60,600 bases of DNA from an uncultured bacterium (GCA_964460305.1 CAYWRA010000003.1:1-60600); one strand, 5' to 3'; counted from the stretch's first letter, positions 28,820 to 38,901 are shown. Made by a program: numbers and translations. The notes: a model not told the origin generated them from the letters alone.

Positions 28820-29764
28820 ATGAGCCAGCGCTTCGACCTTGGCATCGCGTGGGAATGGGAGCACGACCATGCTTTCATCTCCGCCATGGAGCTGGCGTGC
28901 CAGCGGCGCCGGGTCTCGTACCGTATCGTCGATCCCGCAAACCTCGCGGACGTCGAAAACTCAGCGTCCGCCGGCGAGATCTCCTTCGGCGTCTTTTTCG
29001 ACAGGGCGTCGGACACGCGCAAGGAATTCTCTCCGCTCGTCAACCGCCTCATACAGCAGCACGTCCCCTTTGTAAACAACCCCCGTGATGCCGAAATCGC
29101 CGGCAATAAGGCCGCGATGCACCTCGAGTTCATCACCCACGGGATAAACGTTCCCTATACGATCATTCTCCCCCTTTTCGATGAAAGCGGCCCCACCGAG
29201 AACATCCTGAAGCTCGAAAACGTCGGCATCCCTTTCATCATAAAGCCGGCCCACGGCGGCGGCGGAGATGGCGTGCTCCTCGGCGCAAAATCCCTCGTGG
29301 AGGTGATGGCGGCCTGGAAGGATTATGCCCATGACCAGCTACTCATACAGGAGAACATCGTTCCCCGCAGCCTGGACGGGAGACAGGCCTACTTTCGGGT
29401 CTATTACGCGGGGGGGGGCGTCATTTCCTGCTGGTGGGACCCCAAGCACCACGTTTCCGAAAGGCTCTTGCCCGAGGATTCGGCGCGGTACGGGCTCCAG
29501 GAGATCGACCGGATCGCCCGCAAGATCCACGAAATCTCGAGATTGAACTTCTTTTCGACGGAGATCGCCCTCACGGAGGCGATGAAATTCATATCGGTGG
29601 ATTACGTCAATGAACCGTGCGACATGCGGCTGAAATCAAACGCGTGGGACGGCGTACCGGATGAAGTGGTGGAGCTTGTTTGCGATTCTCTGGTGGAGTT
29701 TGCGGGTCGGGAGATTGGGCGGGGGGAAGCACCAATAAATCCCAAATCCTCCGCCGAAGGCTGA
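28820..29764 (+). CDS. ATP-grasp domain protein of unknown function
   Basis: NKAAMH, PFIIKPAHGGGGDGV, LLIQENI, FFSTEIAL and DYVNEPCD match the ATP-grasp K/G-loop/E-x-N layout. Confidence 0.7.
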   Translation: MSQRFDLGIAWEWEHDHAFISAMELACQRRRVSYRIVDPANLADVENSASAGEISFGVFFDRASDTRKEFSPLVNRLIQQHVPFVNNPRDAEIAGNKAAMHLEFITHGINVPYTIILPLFDESGPTENILKLENVGIPFIIKPAHGGGGDGVLLGAKSLVEVMAAWKDYAHDQLLIQENIVPRSLDGRQAYFRVYYAGGGVISCWWDPKHHVSERLLPEDSARYGLQEIDRIARKIHEISRLNFFSTEIALTEAMKFISVDYVNEPCDMRLKSNAWDGVPDEVVELVCDSLVEFAGREIGRGEAPINPKSSAEG

Positions 29765-29853
29765 TCCGCCTATGGCGGACAAATCCCAATAACAACGCCG
29801 TCACGCCCTACGCCTGACGCCGATACGCGCTTGGCTTCGTCATTATCCTCTCC

Positions 29854-31110
29854 TCAGTGCACCGAGCAGGAGAAGCAGGGATCGTAGGCCCTAAGCAACT
29901 GTTCGCACATGAGCCGTATCTCATCCCTGCTCCTGTGAACGTTTTCGTCCACCAACTGTTTCAAATCCTTCTCGATGTTGAGGAAATTGTGCGACGTGGG
30001 GGTCACGAGGTTGGCCTTTTCGACGATCCCCTTCCCATCGATCCTGTACCAGTGATAAAGAAGCCCGCGTGGGGCTTCCGTGATGGCCCCACCCTCGCCC
30101 GACCTGACCTTCACGTGTCTCTTCTCATCCTCAAATGAATGCGACTCCAGCAACCGTATGCATCTCAGCACCCCGTCGTACAGCTCCAGCGCCTGGGCCA
30201 GGTTGTTGTAATAAGGATTATCACAAGGGGTCGAAAAGCCGATCTTCTTAGCAAGCGCCTTCGTCTCGTCCTGGAGATCGTCGGACTTAAGATTTGTCCT
30301 GGCAAGAGCGCCCACCATGAACGGACCGCGCGCCCGTATCACCGACTGCTTTGCCATCGCGTAGGGCACCTGGGATTCCTTAAAATGCCGCTCGTATTCG
30401 TCGACGGAAATATCCAGCCCCTTGGTCGATACGATCCTTCCCTCGTTGAACGTATACTCACCACTCCCCTGCAGCGCCACGTACTCGGAAGCGGGATGAA
30501 AATCGGCCGCCTGGAACTGCGCGACGACCTCCAACACCCTCTCCGCATCGGGCAATATCTCCTTGAGTTTCACGATGGCCGCCCGGCGATCCGCGTCATC
30601 GGGGATGCAGGTGAACCCACCCGGCATATGGGTGACCGGATGCAACGCCCTTCCGCCGATGAGCGACGTCAGGCCGTTCATCACCTCTTTCATTTTCAAC
30701 AGACGGTCGATCTCTCCCTTGAATTGGGGGAGCATGTCAACGACCCCGCTGCATCCATAGTAATCCGGCATGGCGAGCATGTAGAGGTGTATCAGGTGGC
30801 TTGCGACGACCTGGCTCAAGGTCATTACGTTTCGCATGACCTTCGTCTGGGGGCTCACCTCGATGCCCATCGCCTTTTCAATGGCGAGGATCGCCGTGGT
30901 CATGTGCGAGACGGGGCATATGCCGCATATCCTCGAAACGATATCGCCGACCTCGTCGTACCTCCTTCCAACCAGCATCCCCTCAAAAAATCGCGGAGGC
31001 TCGAAGATCTTGAGCTCGATGGGGGTCCCCTTCTTCAACTCTATCCTGATGGCAGTCTCACCCTCGACCCTCGCGAGGTAATCTATGTCGATATGCTCCT
31101 TGTGGCTCAT
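29854..31110 (-). CDS. hydA: [NiFe]-hydrogenase large (alpha) subunit, group 3b-type
   Basis: ARVEGE, L1 SRICGICPVSH, EAPRGLLYH, L2 RAYDPCFSCSVH followed directly by the stop codon. Confidence 0.95.
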   Translation of the reverse strand: MSHKEHIDIDYLARVEGETAIRIELKKGTPIELKIFEPPRFFEGMLVGRRYDEVGDIVSRICGICPVSHMTTAILAIEKAMGIEVSPQTKVMRNVMTLSQVVASHLIHLYMLAMPDYYGCSGVVDMLPQFKGEIDRLLKMKEVMNGLTSLIGGRALHPVTHMPGGFTCIPDDADRRAAIVKLKEILPDAERVLEVVAQFQAADFHPASEYVALQGSGEYTFNEGRIVSTKGLDISVDEYERHFKESQVPYAMAKQSVIRARGPFMVGALARTNLKSDDLQDETKALAKKIGFSTPCDNPYYNNLAQALELYDGVLRCIRLLESHSFEDEKRHVKVRSGEGGAITEAPRGLLYHWYRIDGKGIVEKANLVTPTSHNFLNIEKDLKQLVDENVHRSRDEIRLMCEQLLRAYDPCFSCSVH

Positions 31111-31209
31111 GGCTTCTCCCCTGAAAAATCCCAAATCCCAATATTAATGTATAACCACAGAGGACACGGAGAAGTAATCACTGAGGACACAGAGATTTAC
31201 TACAGCAAC

Positions 31210-31345
31210 AACAGTTTCTCGTTTCCGGTTTCTGGAACAAGAAATAATCTGTATTTATCCGTGTTCAACCGTGGTAAAAAATAATCTGAGGTTTATTTCT
31301 CTGTGCTCTCAGTGGCCTCCCCCGAAGGGGACCCTTTGGGATGTG
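31210..31345. repeat. Composite repeat element homologous to 2560-2706, inside the hydrogenase operon
   Basis: Shared ~43-bp block plus an aatctg..ctctgtg module and a CCCGAAGGGGACCCTTTGGG palindrome. Confidence 0.7.
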
Positions 31346-31348
31346 GTT

Positions 31349-32230
31349 TTAATGTGCCCGTTTAGCGGCCCCGTTGGGGCTGAGGTTAAACTCCTCCGCC
31401 GGCTCGCCGAATTCCGTGAATTTTCTGAAGACGTCTTCCCTGCTCAAACCCATCTCCTTGAACCGAACCGCCAATGCCTTGGCATTCGCGTCCTGCATCG
31501 GTCCCCAGCACGAATAACATGGGCGTTCCCTGGACGGGCAGAGCGCGCCGCAGCCCGCGGCCGTGACGGGCCCCATGCATGGCTCGCCGTACGCCGTCAA
31601 TACGCAGATCGTCCCCTTGAGTTTGCATTCGACACAAACGCAGTACTCGAGAAAATCGGGTCGCTTGCCAAGCAACAACGAGGTGACAAGCTCCGCCAGG
31701 TCCCTCTCCCCCATCGGGCAGCCCCGCACCGCTCCATCCACCTCCACGAGTTGCGAAATGGGCCTTGCTATGCCTGAGTGGATGACGGACCTGTCCGAGT
31801 AGACCCTCTTTTCCACGTCCGATTCCATCGACGTATTTTTGATCGCCGGTATACCGCCGCAAACGGCGCAGGAGCCGATGGCGATCAGGCACCGGCTCGC
31901 CTTGCGCACCCTTTTCAACTGGGCCGCCTGCCATTCCTCGGTAATCGCCCCTTCGACCAACGCGACGTCGAACGGCCCCTCCTCCGCTCCCCCCGATTGC
32001 AACATCCTGCAATAGACGATCTCCACCGCCCCCAGGGTTTCCAGGATATGCTTCTGGAAATAGATCAACTGAAACTCGCACCCGGCGCAGCAACTGTACT
32101 TGAATATGCCGATCTTGGGCTTTTTCCCCATTGGGATTTGGGGTTTGTCCGCCAGCGGCGGATCAGCCTTGGGCGGAGAATTTGGGATTTTCCCTTGGGA
32201 TTTGGGATTTGGGATTTGGGATTTTTTCAT
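31349..32230 (-). CDS. hydD: [NiFe]-hydrogenase small (delta) subunit; N-terminus extended by a repeat-encoded peptide
   Basis: KYSCCAGCEFQ, VEGAIT, AIGSCAVCGG, GCP, CVCVECK, CMGPVTAAGCGALCPS. The ATG at 32230 is coupled (ATGA) to the gamma stop; an alternative ATG lies at 32131. Confidence 0.9.
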   Translation of the reverse strand: MKKSQIPNPKSQGKIPNSPPKADPPLADKPQIPMGKKPKIGIFKYSCCAGCEFQLIYFQKHILETLGAVEIVYCRMLQSGGAEEGPFDVALVEGAITEEWQAAQLKRVRKASRCLIAIGSCAVCGGIPAIKNTSMESDVEKRVYSDRSVIHSGIARPISQLVEVDGAVRGCPMGERDLAELVTSLLLGKRPDFLEYCVCVECKLKGTICVLTAYGEPCMGPVTAAGCGALCPSRERPCYSCWGPMQDANAKALAVRFKEMGLSREDVFRKFTEFGEPAEEFNLSPNGAAKRAH

Positions 32231-33066
32231 AACAGCGTATCCACAAACCTCTTTATATCGCCGTATGGAAACACAGGCCCATCCTTGCAAACGTATTTAG
32301 CGCCTATCTGGCAATGCCCGCAGTGGCCGATACCGCACTTCATCCGCCTCTCCAGCGAGACGAAGATATCGCAGGGCCTCTGCCCTTTCAAGAGGATCTG
32401 CCGGGCGACGAAACGCATCATGATCTCCGGCCCGCAGGTGAAGGTGACCGAATCCTGCAGGGGCGCATCGATCAGGTCGAAAAGGGTCGTCACTACGCCC
32501 ACGTGCAACCCGGCTTGCGCTTTCGGCGGCGCTTCATCGACCGATAGGCGCACGGCTACATCATGCACGCTCCCCCATTTTTTGAGCTCTTTACCGTACA
32601 GGATGTCGCCCACGGTCCGGGCACCGTAAAGCAGGAATACCCGCCCGAATTTCTTCCTGTCCCGAACGACGTGATAAATCACCGGCCGGAGCGGCGCCAT
32701 GCCGATACCGCCCGCAACGATGACGAGATTTTTGCCGTACGCCTTCTCCACGGGCCAGCCGTTGCCGAAGGGGCCGCGGAGCTGCACCAGATCGCCGACG
32801 CGCCGGTTACAAATCTCCCGTGTCACGTTCCCCACCAGCCGTATGGTGTGAACGAACTCCCCCCCATCGGTAATGAGAGAGCTGAAGGAGATCGGCGCCT
32901 CGCCGAAGCCGGGCAGTCCCAGCATGTTGAATTGACCCGCATGAAACGAATAGTTCTCCCCATCCGCAAGGGCCAATGTCAATGAAACCGTATCCGGGTT
33001 CTCAAGAACCCTCTTCTTTACGACCGCAGCGCGCGGCATGAGGGAATTCTTTGCTTGCGCTTTCAT
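32227..33066 (-). CDS. hydG: Hydrogenase gamma subunit (FAD/NAD(P)-binding, 2Fe-2S)
   Basis: GQFNML, GEAPISFSS, RGPFGNGWP, AGGIGMAPLR, CGPEIMM, ERRMKCGIGHCGHC, CKDGPVF. Confidence 0.92.
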   Translation of the reverse strand: MKAQAKNSLMPRAAVVKKRVLENPDTVSLTLALADGENYSFHAGQFNMLGLPGFGEAPISFSSLITDGGEFVHTIRLVGNVTREICNRRVGDLVQLRGPFGNGWPVEKAYGKNLVIVAGGIGMAPLRPVIYHVVRDRKKFGRVFLLYGARTVGDILYGKELKKWGSVHDVAVRLSVDEAPPKAQAGLHVGVVTTLFDLIDAPLQDSVTFTCGPEIMMRFVARQILLKGQRPCDIFVSLERRMKCGIGHCGHCQIGAKYVCKDGPVFPYGDIKRFVDTLL

Positions 33067-34130
33067 CTCGCCCGCCCCCGTTGATCGTCTTCCCGTATTT
33101 CTCCGGCCATCTCGGCAAGGTCGATTCCGGTGGGGCACCACGTCATGCACCGGCCGCATCCGACGCATCCGAAACATCCATACTGCTCAACCCATGTGCA
33201 GAGTTTGTGGGTCACGAACTGCCTCAGGCGCGCCTCGCGCGAGGAACGGAAGTTCCCACCGTGCACCTTCGCGAAATTCAACGTCTGGCACGAATCCCAC
33301 TGCCGCTTCCTGACGGAGCGTTTGAGATCGAAAGACGTCTCATCGCCGATGTTATAGCAGAAACAGGTCGGGCACACCATCGTGCAATTGGCGCATCCCA
33401 GGCATTTCTGCTCGGCCGTCCGCCGATAGACGGCGTGATCGAGATTCCCCGCTAGGAGATCGACCAGGCCGTCCGTATCCAGGCGCTTCACGAACGAGCG
33501 GCCAGCCTCGGCCTCTCTTCCAACCTTCTCCGCCAACGCTTCCTTATCCGCTTTCCTCATGCGCCTGCCGCGCTCGACAAGCCCTCTACCGCGCTGAGAT
33601 CCGCACTCCACGAGGTAAATAGTGTCTCCGCCATCGGGATGCAGCCGCGTCAGCTCGACGTCATACCCCTCGCGTAATTTCAGAAAAGGCCCAGTCCCCA
33701 TCGATGCGCAAAAGCCCTTCTCGCACGCCCGGCCGCAATTCAACACAATCGTAACGGTGTCTCTCCGCATTTTTTCATAATGAGGATCGCGGTAATCGCC
33801 GAGCAAGACCTTATCCAACACGGAGATCGCATGCATGTCGCACGGATGGACCGCGAAAAGAAGGGGATGGGCCGCATCGCCGGCTGACGCAGGTACGCAT
33901 TGATTCGGATCCCGTCCCATCTCCAGAAGCGTCCGGCAGGAAGGATAGATGAACCGGCGGGGAGCGAGCATCGTGGAACGGTATTCCAGGAAGAGCCGGT
34001 CGGTGCTGTCAACCTTCTCAAAAACCGTCTGCCCCCGCTTGGTAAGCACGGGCCCGATGACGGTGAATTCCCCCATCAGATCCGCGCACCAGCTCATCAA
34101 CTCGCGCGCGGAGACAACGTACCCGGTCAT
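33063..34130 (-). CDS. hydB: Hydrogenase beta subunit (AsrA-like 4Fe-4S)
   Basis: VHPCD, CGRACEKGFC, CLGCANCTMVCPTCFC, CVGCGRCMTWCPTGI; GGAGGAG RBS. Confidence 0.92.
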   Translation of the reverse strand: MTGYVVSARELMSWCADLMGEFTVIGPVLTKRGQTVFEKVDSTDRLFLEYRSTMLAPRRFIYPSCRTLLEMGRDPNQCVPASAGDAAHPLLFAVHPCDMHAISVLDKVLLGDYRDPHYEKMRRDTVTIVLNCGRACEKGFCASMGTGPFLKLREGYDVELTRLHPDGGDTIYLVECGSQRGRGLVERGRRMRKADKEALAEKVGREAEAGRSFVKRLDTDGLVDLLAGNLDHAVYRRTAEQKCLGCANCTMVCPTCFCYNIGDETSFDLKRSVRKRQWDSCQTLNFAKVHGGNFRSSREARLRQFVTHKLCTWVEQYGCFGCVGCGRCMTWCPTGIDLAEMAGEIREDDQRGRAR

Positions 34131-34312
34131 TGCTCCTCCCCTTGTAACACACCCCAAAGTGCGAGACGGAGAAACGGAGAGCAGGAGAGCGGGCGACACA
34201 ATGACAATCGCCGGCTCTCCGATTCTCCCACTCGCCGTTTCGAATTGTGTTGGATACTATTCCCACGAAGAGATCCTGTTAGGACATGGTCAAAAAATCG
34301 ATCCACGCCGTG

Positions 34313-35371
34313 CTACAGCGTCGGGTGTCTCTCTCCCCAGCCGTACCATTTCCAGACGTCTTCCGTGAGATCGTCGTAAGCCCTCTTTGTATGTTCGTAC
34401 AGTCGCGCGTTTTCGAGCGCGACCACGCCAAAATCCCCAAGTATGTTGAGGAACTCGAGATCCTCGCGGTCATACACGTACCCGTAGCCGGTGTAGACCC
34501 TAAGCGTCCCCACCATTTTGCCCTTGAGCTTGAGGGGGATGCAAACCAACGACTTGATCCCCTCCCTCTTCAACTCGCGCGGATATTGGAGGCGCTTGTC
34601 TCCGGCCGTATCCTCGATCACCACGTTCTTACCCTCGAGGCATTCGCGCACCGACTTGTCGACGCTCACGGGGCCCTTGCGGGTGAATCGTCCGCTGAGG
34701 CCATGGGTGGCAGCCACCTCAAGACGCCCGGAGTCTCTATTGATCAACATAATGGAGGCGCCCTTCGCGGACATGTCTTTCGTCGCATGCTCGCATATCA
34801 TCGTGAGCACGCTTTCGATATCCAGTTGCGAGGCGATCTTCCTCCCTATTTCACTGAGCGTCTTCAGCCTCCCGTACCGCTGCGAATTCTTTATAACCAC
34901 GGCCCCCTGCGCCGCAAACGTCTCTATCAAGACGATTTCGTCGGGGCTGAACACGTGTTCTTTATTCGTATAGAGGCGGAGCACGCCAAGCATCCTCCCC
35001 CTGAACTTAAGAGGGACGCACAAGAGCGACGCAATCCCCTCGCGTTTTGCCTCGGCGCGGTATTGGATCCTCTTGTCCGTCGCCATGCTCCTGATCTGCA
35101 CTATCCGCCCTTTAAGCACAGCCCTGTCGAGAGGGCTTTTCTCTAGGGCTACCAGACCCTTTTGCAGATACTTCCGCGAGAGTCCACAGGAAGCCACGCT
35201 CTCGAGGATCTTCCCCGTTTTATCCAGGATCCTTATCGAGCTTGCCTTGGCCCTCAAGCATTTAGCCGCTTTATCAACCACTGAACGCAGCGCCTCGTGA
35301 TAATCAAGCGTAGAGGTCACGTTCTCGCAGGTCGAGCAGAGCGCGCCCAGGAATCTCCTTTGTGTCGCCAC
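34313..35371 (-). CDS. Stand-alone tandem GAF-GAF protein
   Basis: Two homologous GAF repeats (ASSIRILD..SCGLSRKY..SLLCVPLKFRGRMLGVLRLYT and ASIMLIN..THGLSGRF..SLVCIPLKLKGKMVGTLRVYT); no output domain; AGGAGGT RBS before the GTG. Confidence 0.88.
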   Translation of the reverse strand: MATQRRFLGALCSTCENVTSTLDYHEALRSVVDKAAKCLRAKASSIRILDKTGKILESVASCGLSRKYLQKGLVALEKSPLDRAVLKGRIVQIRSMATDKRIQYRAEAKREGIASLLCVPLKFRGRMLGVLRLYTNKEHVFSPDEIVLIETFAAQGAVVIKNSQRYGRLKTLSEIGRKIASQLDIESVLTMICEHATKDMSAKGASIMLINRDSGRLEVAATHGLSGRFTRKGPVSVDKSVRECLEGKNVVIEDTAGDKRLQYPRELKREGIKSLVCIPLKLKGKMVGTLRVYTGYGYVYDREDLEFLNILGDFGVVALENARLYEHTKRAYDDLTEDVWKWYGWGERHPTL

Positions 35372-35417
35372 GGCACACCTCCTGTAGATGCATGTCAAAC
35401 GGTCGCGCCGGCGGCCG

Positions 35418-36746
35418 TCACGTCCTCGGTCCGCTTCCGCCGGTACCATTCTCTATGATACCACAGACATCCCCCACCCAGGGACGGGCGGGAACGGCGG
35501 AATTTTCCAACCGGTTCGATCGCACAAAGAGAAAGGCATTATCCTGCGTGTGAGCCCCCGTGAATACGCCCCGCGTGGCAAGCTGATTCGCCGCCAGCCT
35601 GGCCTTCAGGTCAAAGCCGCGCTGAGGCAAAACAACCAGGTCGGGAGCACGGTCCGTGTAGGGGCCGAAGAACGTATCTTCGCGTCTGCACAGCCGCCGC
35701 ACCACGGGCCGGCCGCTTACCTTAAGCTCTCCGAAGGCCGCTTCGAGATCGTCCACGACCCGCGCCCTGTCCTTATCGCTAACGCAGCCCCTCGGGTACC
35801 TTCCCGCCGCGTTCACGTATATCCGCGCGGGGTCGAGGGCAAAGGCGCGCGATCCCTCCCCTACTCCTTCGAACGAGTCAACAGTCGGATTTACTATATG
35901 AAGGAACCCCTTTTCTTTCAAGAAATAATTCACGTTGACCTCGCTCTCGATCGTCCCAAACCCGTGATCGGAGAGCATCATAAAAAGATCGTCTTCCCCC
36001 AGCCCATCGTATATCTCACCGATGATTTCGTCTATCCTCTTAAAATGCCCACGGAACGCCTCGTGGTAGGGATGATCCGTTTTCCCGCATGCCTCAAAGA
36101 GGAAATGACTGAGGCGGTCCGTGCTGGTAAAGACAATGAAGAAAAGCCCGCACTCCTCCCGCTCCCAGAGGTAACGGAACGCCCTGATCCGAGCATCGAG
36201 CGTCTCCTCGCAATCACGGAGGAATGCGGCCATGTCGGTATGCCCCTTTGCCGCGTCCACGTCTATCCGGTAGCCGAGTTCCCGTAGTTTCGGAAGGAGG
36301 CTCTTGGGATAGACCGCCCGATCGATGTCAATCGCGACGAAACCGGAAATCATCACCCCATCGAGGGCGCGGGCGGGGTACGTTCCCGGGACGTTTAAAA
36401 TGACTGAGCGCCCAATAGGGAGCCTCTCCCAGAGGGGCGCGGCCTGGAGGTCGTTGAACGTGGGGAACGCGAAGCGGTACGTCCCCGGCGATAGATTCAT
36501 GAACCCATAGATGCCATGCTCGCCGGGATTCTTACCAGTGATCACCGTGCCCCATGCCACGCATGAGACGTCGGGTATGGACGATTCCATCCTCCTCATC
36601 TCGCCGGAGGAAAGGATCTTCCCCATGTTCGGCATGGTTCCGTCGGCCGCAAAGCGCACGATCAGCTCATGGGGAACACCGTCGAGACCGATGATAACGG
36701 CTCGGTTCTTATTTTGGGATTTGGGATTTGGGATTTGGGATTTCAC
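35418..36746 (-). CDS. AlkP-superfamily (NPP/phosphodiesterase-like) protein, no signal peptide
   Basis: IIGLDGVP, IPDVSCVAWGTVITGKNPGEHGIYGF, DRLSH, LSDHGF, TGAH. Confidence 0.88.
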   Translation of the reverse strand: MKSQIPNPKSQNKNRAVIIGLDGVPHELIVRFAADGTMPNMGKILSSGEMRRMESSIPDVSCVAWGTVITGKNPGEHGIYGFMNLSPGTYRFAFPTFNDLQAAPLWERLPIGRSVILNVPGTYPARALDGVMISGFVAIDIDRAVYPKSLLPKLRELGYRIDVDAAKGHTDMAAFLRDCEETLDARIRAFRYLWEREECGLFFIVFTSTDRLSHFLFEACGKTDHPYHEAFRGHFKRIDEIIGEIYDGLGEDDLFMMLSDHGFGTIESEVNVNYFLKEKGFLHIVNPTVDSFEGVGEGSRAFALDPARIYVNAAGRYPRGCVSDKDRARVVDDLEAAFGELKVSGRPVVRRLCRREDTFFGPYTDRAPDLVVLPQRGFDLKARLAANQLATRGVFTGAHTQDNAFLFVRSNRLENSAVPARPWVGDVCGIIENGTGGSGPRT

Positions 36747-36815
36747 AAGAGATTTGCCTGCCCGGCGGAGCCTTGGCGTAGTCGGGGGATTTGGGATTTC
36801 AATCAGCCCTACGCC

Positions 36816-38069
36816 TCACGCTGAATGTGTAATGATGACCCCCGCTACAATATCATTCCCGCGTTCCAGGACGAAACGGCCCATCTCGGGGATAAACGAA
36901 AACAGCTCGAACGCCAGCGGGCGCCCCATTTCGATGACGACTTCACCCACCTCGGTTTCATTAAGCGCGCGCGCACGTTCCTCAACCGTATCGAGCGTCG
37001 AGGAATCGATCCTCTTTCGTATCTCACTGATCGAGCATCGCCGCTCCTGCGTGTTCGCCCGTAATGTAAGCGTCTCGCCGAGCGTAAAAGGCCGGGGCGA
37101 CATCCAGAAGAGGCTCGCGGCGAGCCTCCGTTCCAGCCTCGGCGCGTTATCGGAAGAGCCCAGGACGTCCCCGCGCTTCACCGCGCCGTCCCCCGATAGC
37201 ACAATACCGATGCTCTCACCCGCCACAGCATCGCTCCGTTCTCTGCCGAACTCGAGAACCTGCGCGATCCTCGCCTCCCGCCGATCGGGGAAAATGGTGA
37301 TCTCGTCACCCTCGGCGAACCGGCCGGACTCTATCCTCCCCGCCACGATCTTCCGGCCCCCCCGCAGATACACGTCCTGGACGGGCATCCGGAGCGGCTT
37401 CTCATGTATATCCTTGTCCTTCTCCAGGGCATCGAGGGCCTCAAGGATCGTCGGGCCCGTATACCACGGCATCTTTTCCGAATGAGAGGCGAAGTTGTCG
37501 CCCCCGGTCCCGGAAACCGGAATGACGAAAGAGGGCGCGATGTCCAGCCGTTTTAGGAATGCGGCGATTTCGTCGCGGACCTCCTCAAATCTCTCCTTGC
37601 CGAACCCGACGAGGTCCATCTTGTTAAGGACCAGGATATTGCGCCTAAGGTTCAGCATGCCGAGAACGTAGGCATGGCGCCTCGTCTGCTCCATCACCCC
37701 TTCGTTCACGTCGATGACGAGGATCGACGTCTCCGCCTGGCTCGCCCCGGTGATCATGTTCTTCATAAACTCCTTGTGGCCAGGCGCGTCTATGATGACG
37801 TAGTCCCGCGTGGAAGTCCTGAAAAACGTCTGGGCGGTGTCGATGGTCATCCCCCGCTCACGCTCCTCCCGGAGGTGGTCCATCACGAATGCGAACTCAA
37901 CCGGCTTCCCCATCCCCTCGCAGGTTTGCCGGATGACCTCCATCCTGTCGGGAGGCAGCGAACCGGTATCGTACAGCAGCCGCCCGATGAGGGTGGACTT
38001 GCCGTGGTCCATATGCCCCACGATGACGATCTTCATGCTTTCACGCGCCGCCCTTTGATCTTCTTTCAA
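36816..38069 (-). CDS. cysN: Sulfate adenylyltransferase large (GTPase) subunit, no APS-kinase domain
   Basis: [32 protein letters not shown]; lies directly downstream of cysD. Confidence 0.9.
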   Translation of the reverse strand: MKEDQRAARESMKIVIVGHMDHGKSTLIGRLLYDTGSLPPDRMEVIRQTCEGMGKPVEFAFVMDHLREERERGMTIDTAQTFFRTSTRDYVIIDAPGHKEFMKNMITGASQAETSILVIDVNEGVMEQTRRHAYVLGMLNLRRNILVLNKMDLVGFGKERFEEVRDEIAAFLKRLDIAPSFVIPVSGTGGDNFASHSEKMPWYTGPTILEALDALEKDKDIHEKPLRMPVQDVYLRGGRKIVAGRIESGRFAEGDEITIFPDRREARIAQVLEFGRERSDAVAGESIGIVLSGDGAVKRGDVLGSSDNAPRLERRLAASLFWMSPRPFTLGETLTLRANTQERRCSISEIRKRIDSSTLDTVEERARALNETEVGEVVIEMGRPLAFELFSFIPEMGRFVLERGNDIVAGVIITHSA

Positions 38070-38097
38070 CTTTACACCTTACACTTTCCGCCGTCTC

Positions 38098-38901
38098 TCA
38101 CATATACCCCAGCGCCCGCAGCTTCTGCATCGTGTACGCGTCTTCCTTGTCCTGCGCCCGCCCCGCCCGTTCTGAGATGTCCGTCGTCTCAATCTCATGG
38201 ATGATTTTGTCGATCGTGTCCGCATCCGAATCAACGGTGGAGCAACAGCACGCACAGCCGATGGAGCGGTAGCGCTTGCCGCCCTTCGCGAAGTAGAGGT
38301 CCACGATGGGGATGTTCTCCCGCTTGACATAGCGCCAGATGTCGAGCTCGGTCATGTGCAGGATCGGGTGGACCCTCAGGTGGTGGTGCCCCTCCGCGCT
38401 CGACTTGAACTGGTCCCAGAGCTCCGGCGGCTGGTCCTGATAGTTCCATTGGAACTGCTCGTCACGGGGGGAAAAATAACGCTCCTTGGCGCGTATCCCG
38501 TGCTCGTCCCTTCGGATCCCCAAGAGGATCGCATCAAGCTTCTCCCCGGCGATAAAATCCTTCAGTGCCTGCGTCTTCAGGGCATGGCAGCAATCGAGCT
38601 TGGATCCCTTGCCGGGGCCCATTCCCGCCGAGAGCGCCTTTTCGTTCCGCGCGATCTTCAGGTCGAGCCCCCACTCCCTCGCGTAGCGATCGCGGAACTC
38701 GTAAATCTCCTTGAATTTATATCCCGTATCTATGTGGATGATCGGAAATGGTATATCGCCAAAGAACGCCTTCCGTATCATCCAGAGCAGGGAGGTGGAA
38801 TCCTTCCCGATCGACCATAGCATCCCCATGCGGGGGAACCTGCTATAGGCCTCTCTGACGACGTATATCGTCCTGCTTTCCAGTTCGGTTAAATAATCCA
38901 T
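38098..38901 (-). CDS. cysD: Sulfate adenylyltransferase small subunit
   Basis: WSIGKDS, HIDTGYKF, GIRRDE, RAKERYFS, RVHP, RYRSIGC, ERAGRAQDKE. Confidence 0.93.
   Translation of the reverse strand: MDYLTELESRTIYVVREAYSRFPRMGMLWSIGKDSTSLLWMIRKAFFGDIPFPIIHIDTGYKFKEIYEFRDRYAREWGLDLKIARNEKALSAGMGPGKGSKLDCCHALKTQALKDFIAGEKLDAILLGIRRDEHGIRAKERYFSPRDEQFQWNYQDQPPELWDQFKSSAEGHHHLRVHPILHMTELDIWRYVKRENIPIVDLYFAKGGKRYRSIGCACCCSTVDSDADTIDKIIHEIETTDISERAGRAQDKEDAYTMQKLRALGYM

Noticed and set aside
31349-32230. Tat-exported hydrogenase (because tatAC is nearby)
   Set aside because: The small subunit has no twin-arginine leader, and the beta/gamma subunits indicate a cytoplasmic NAD(P)-linked enzyme.
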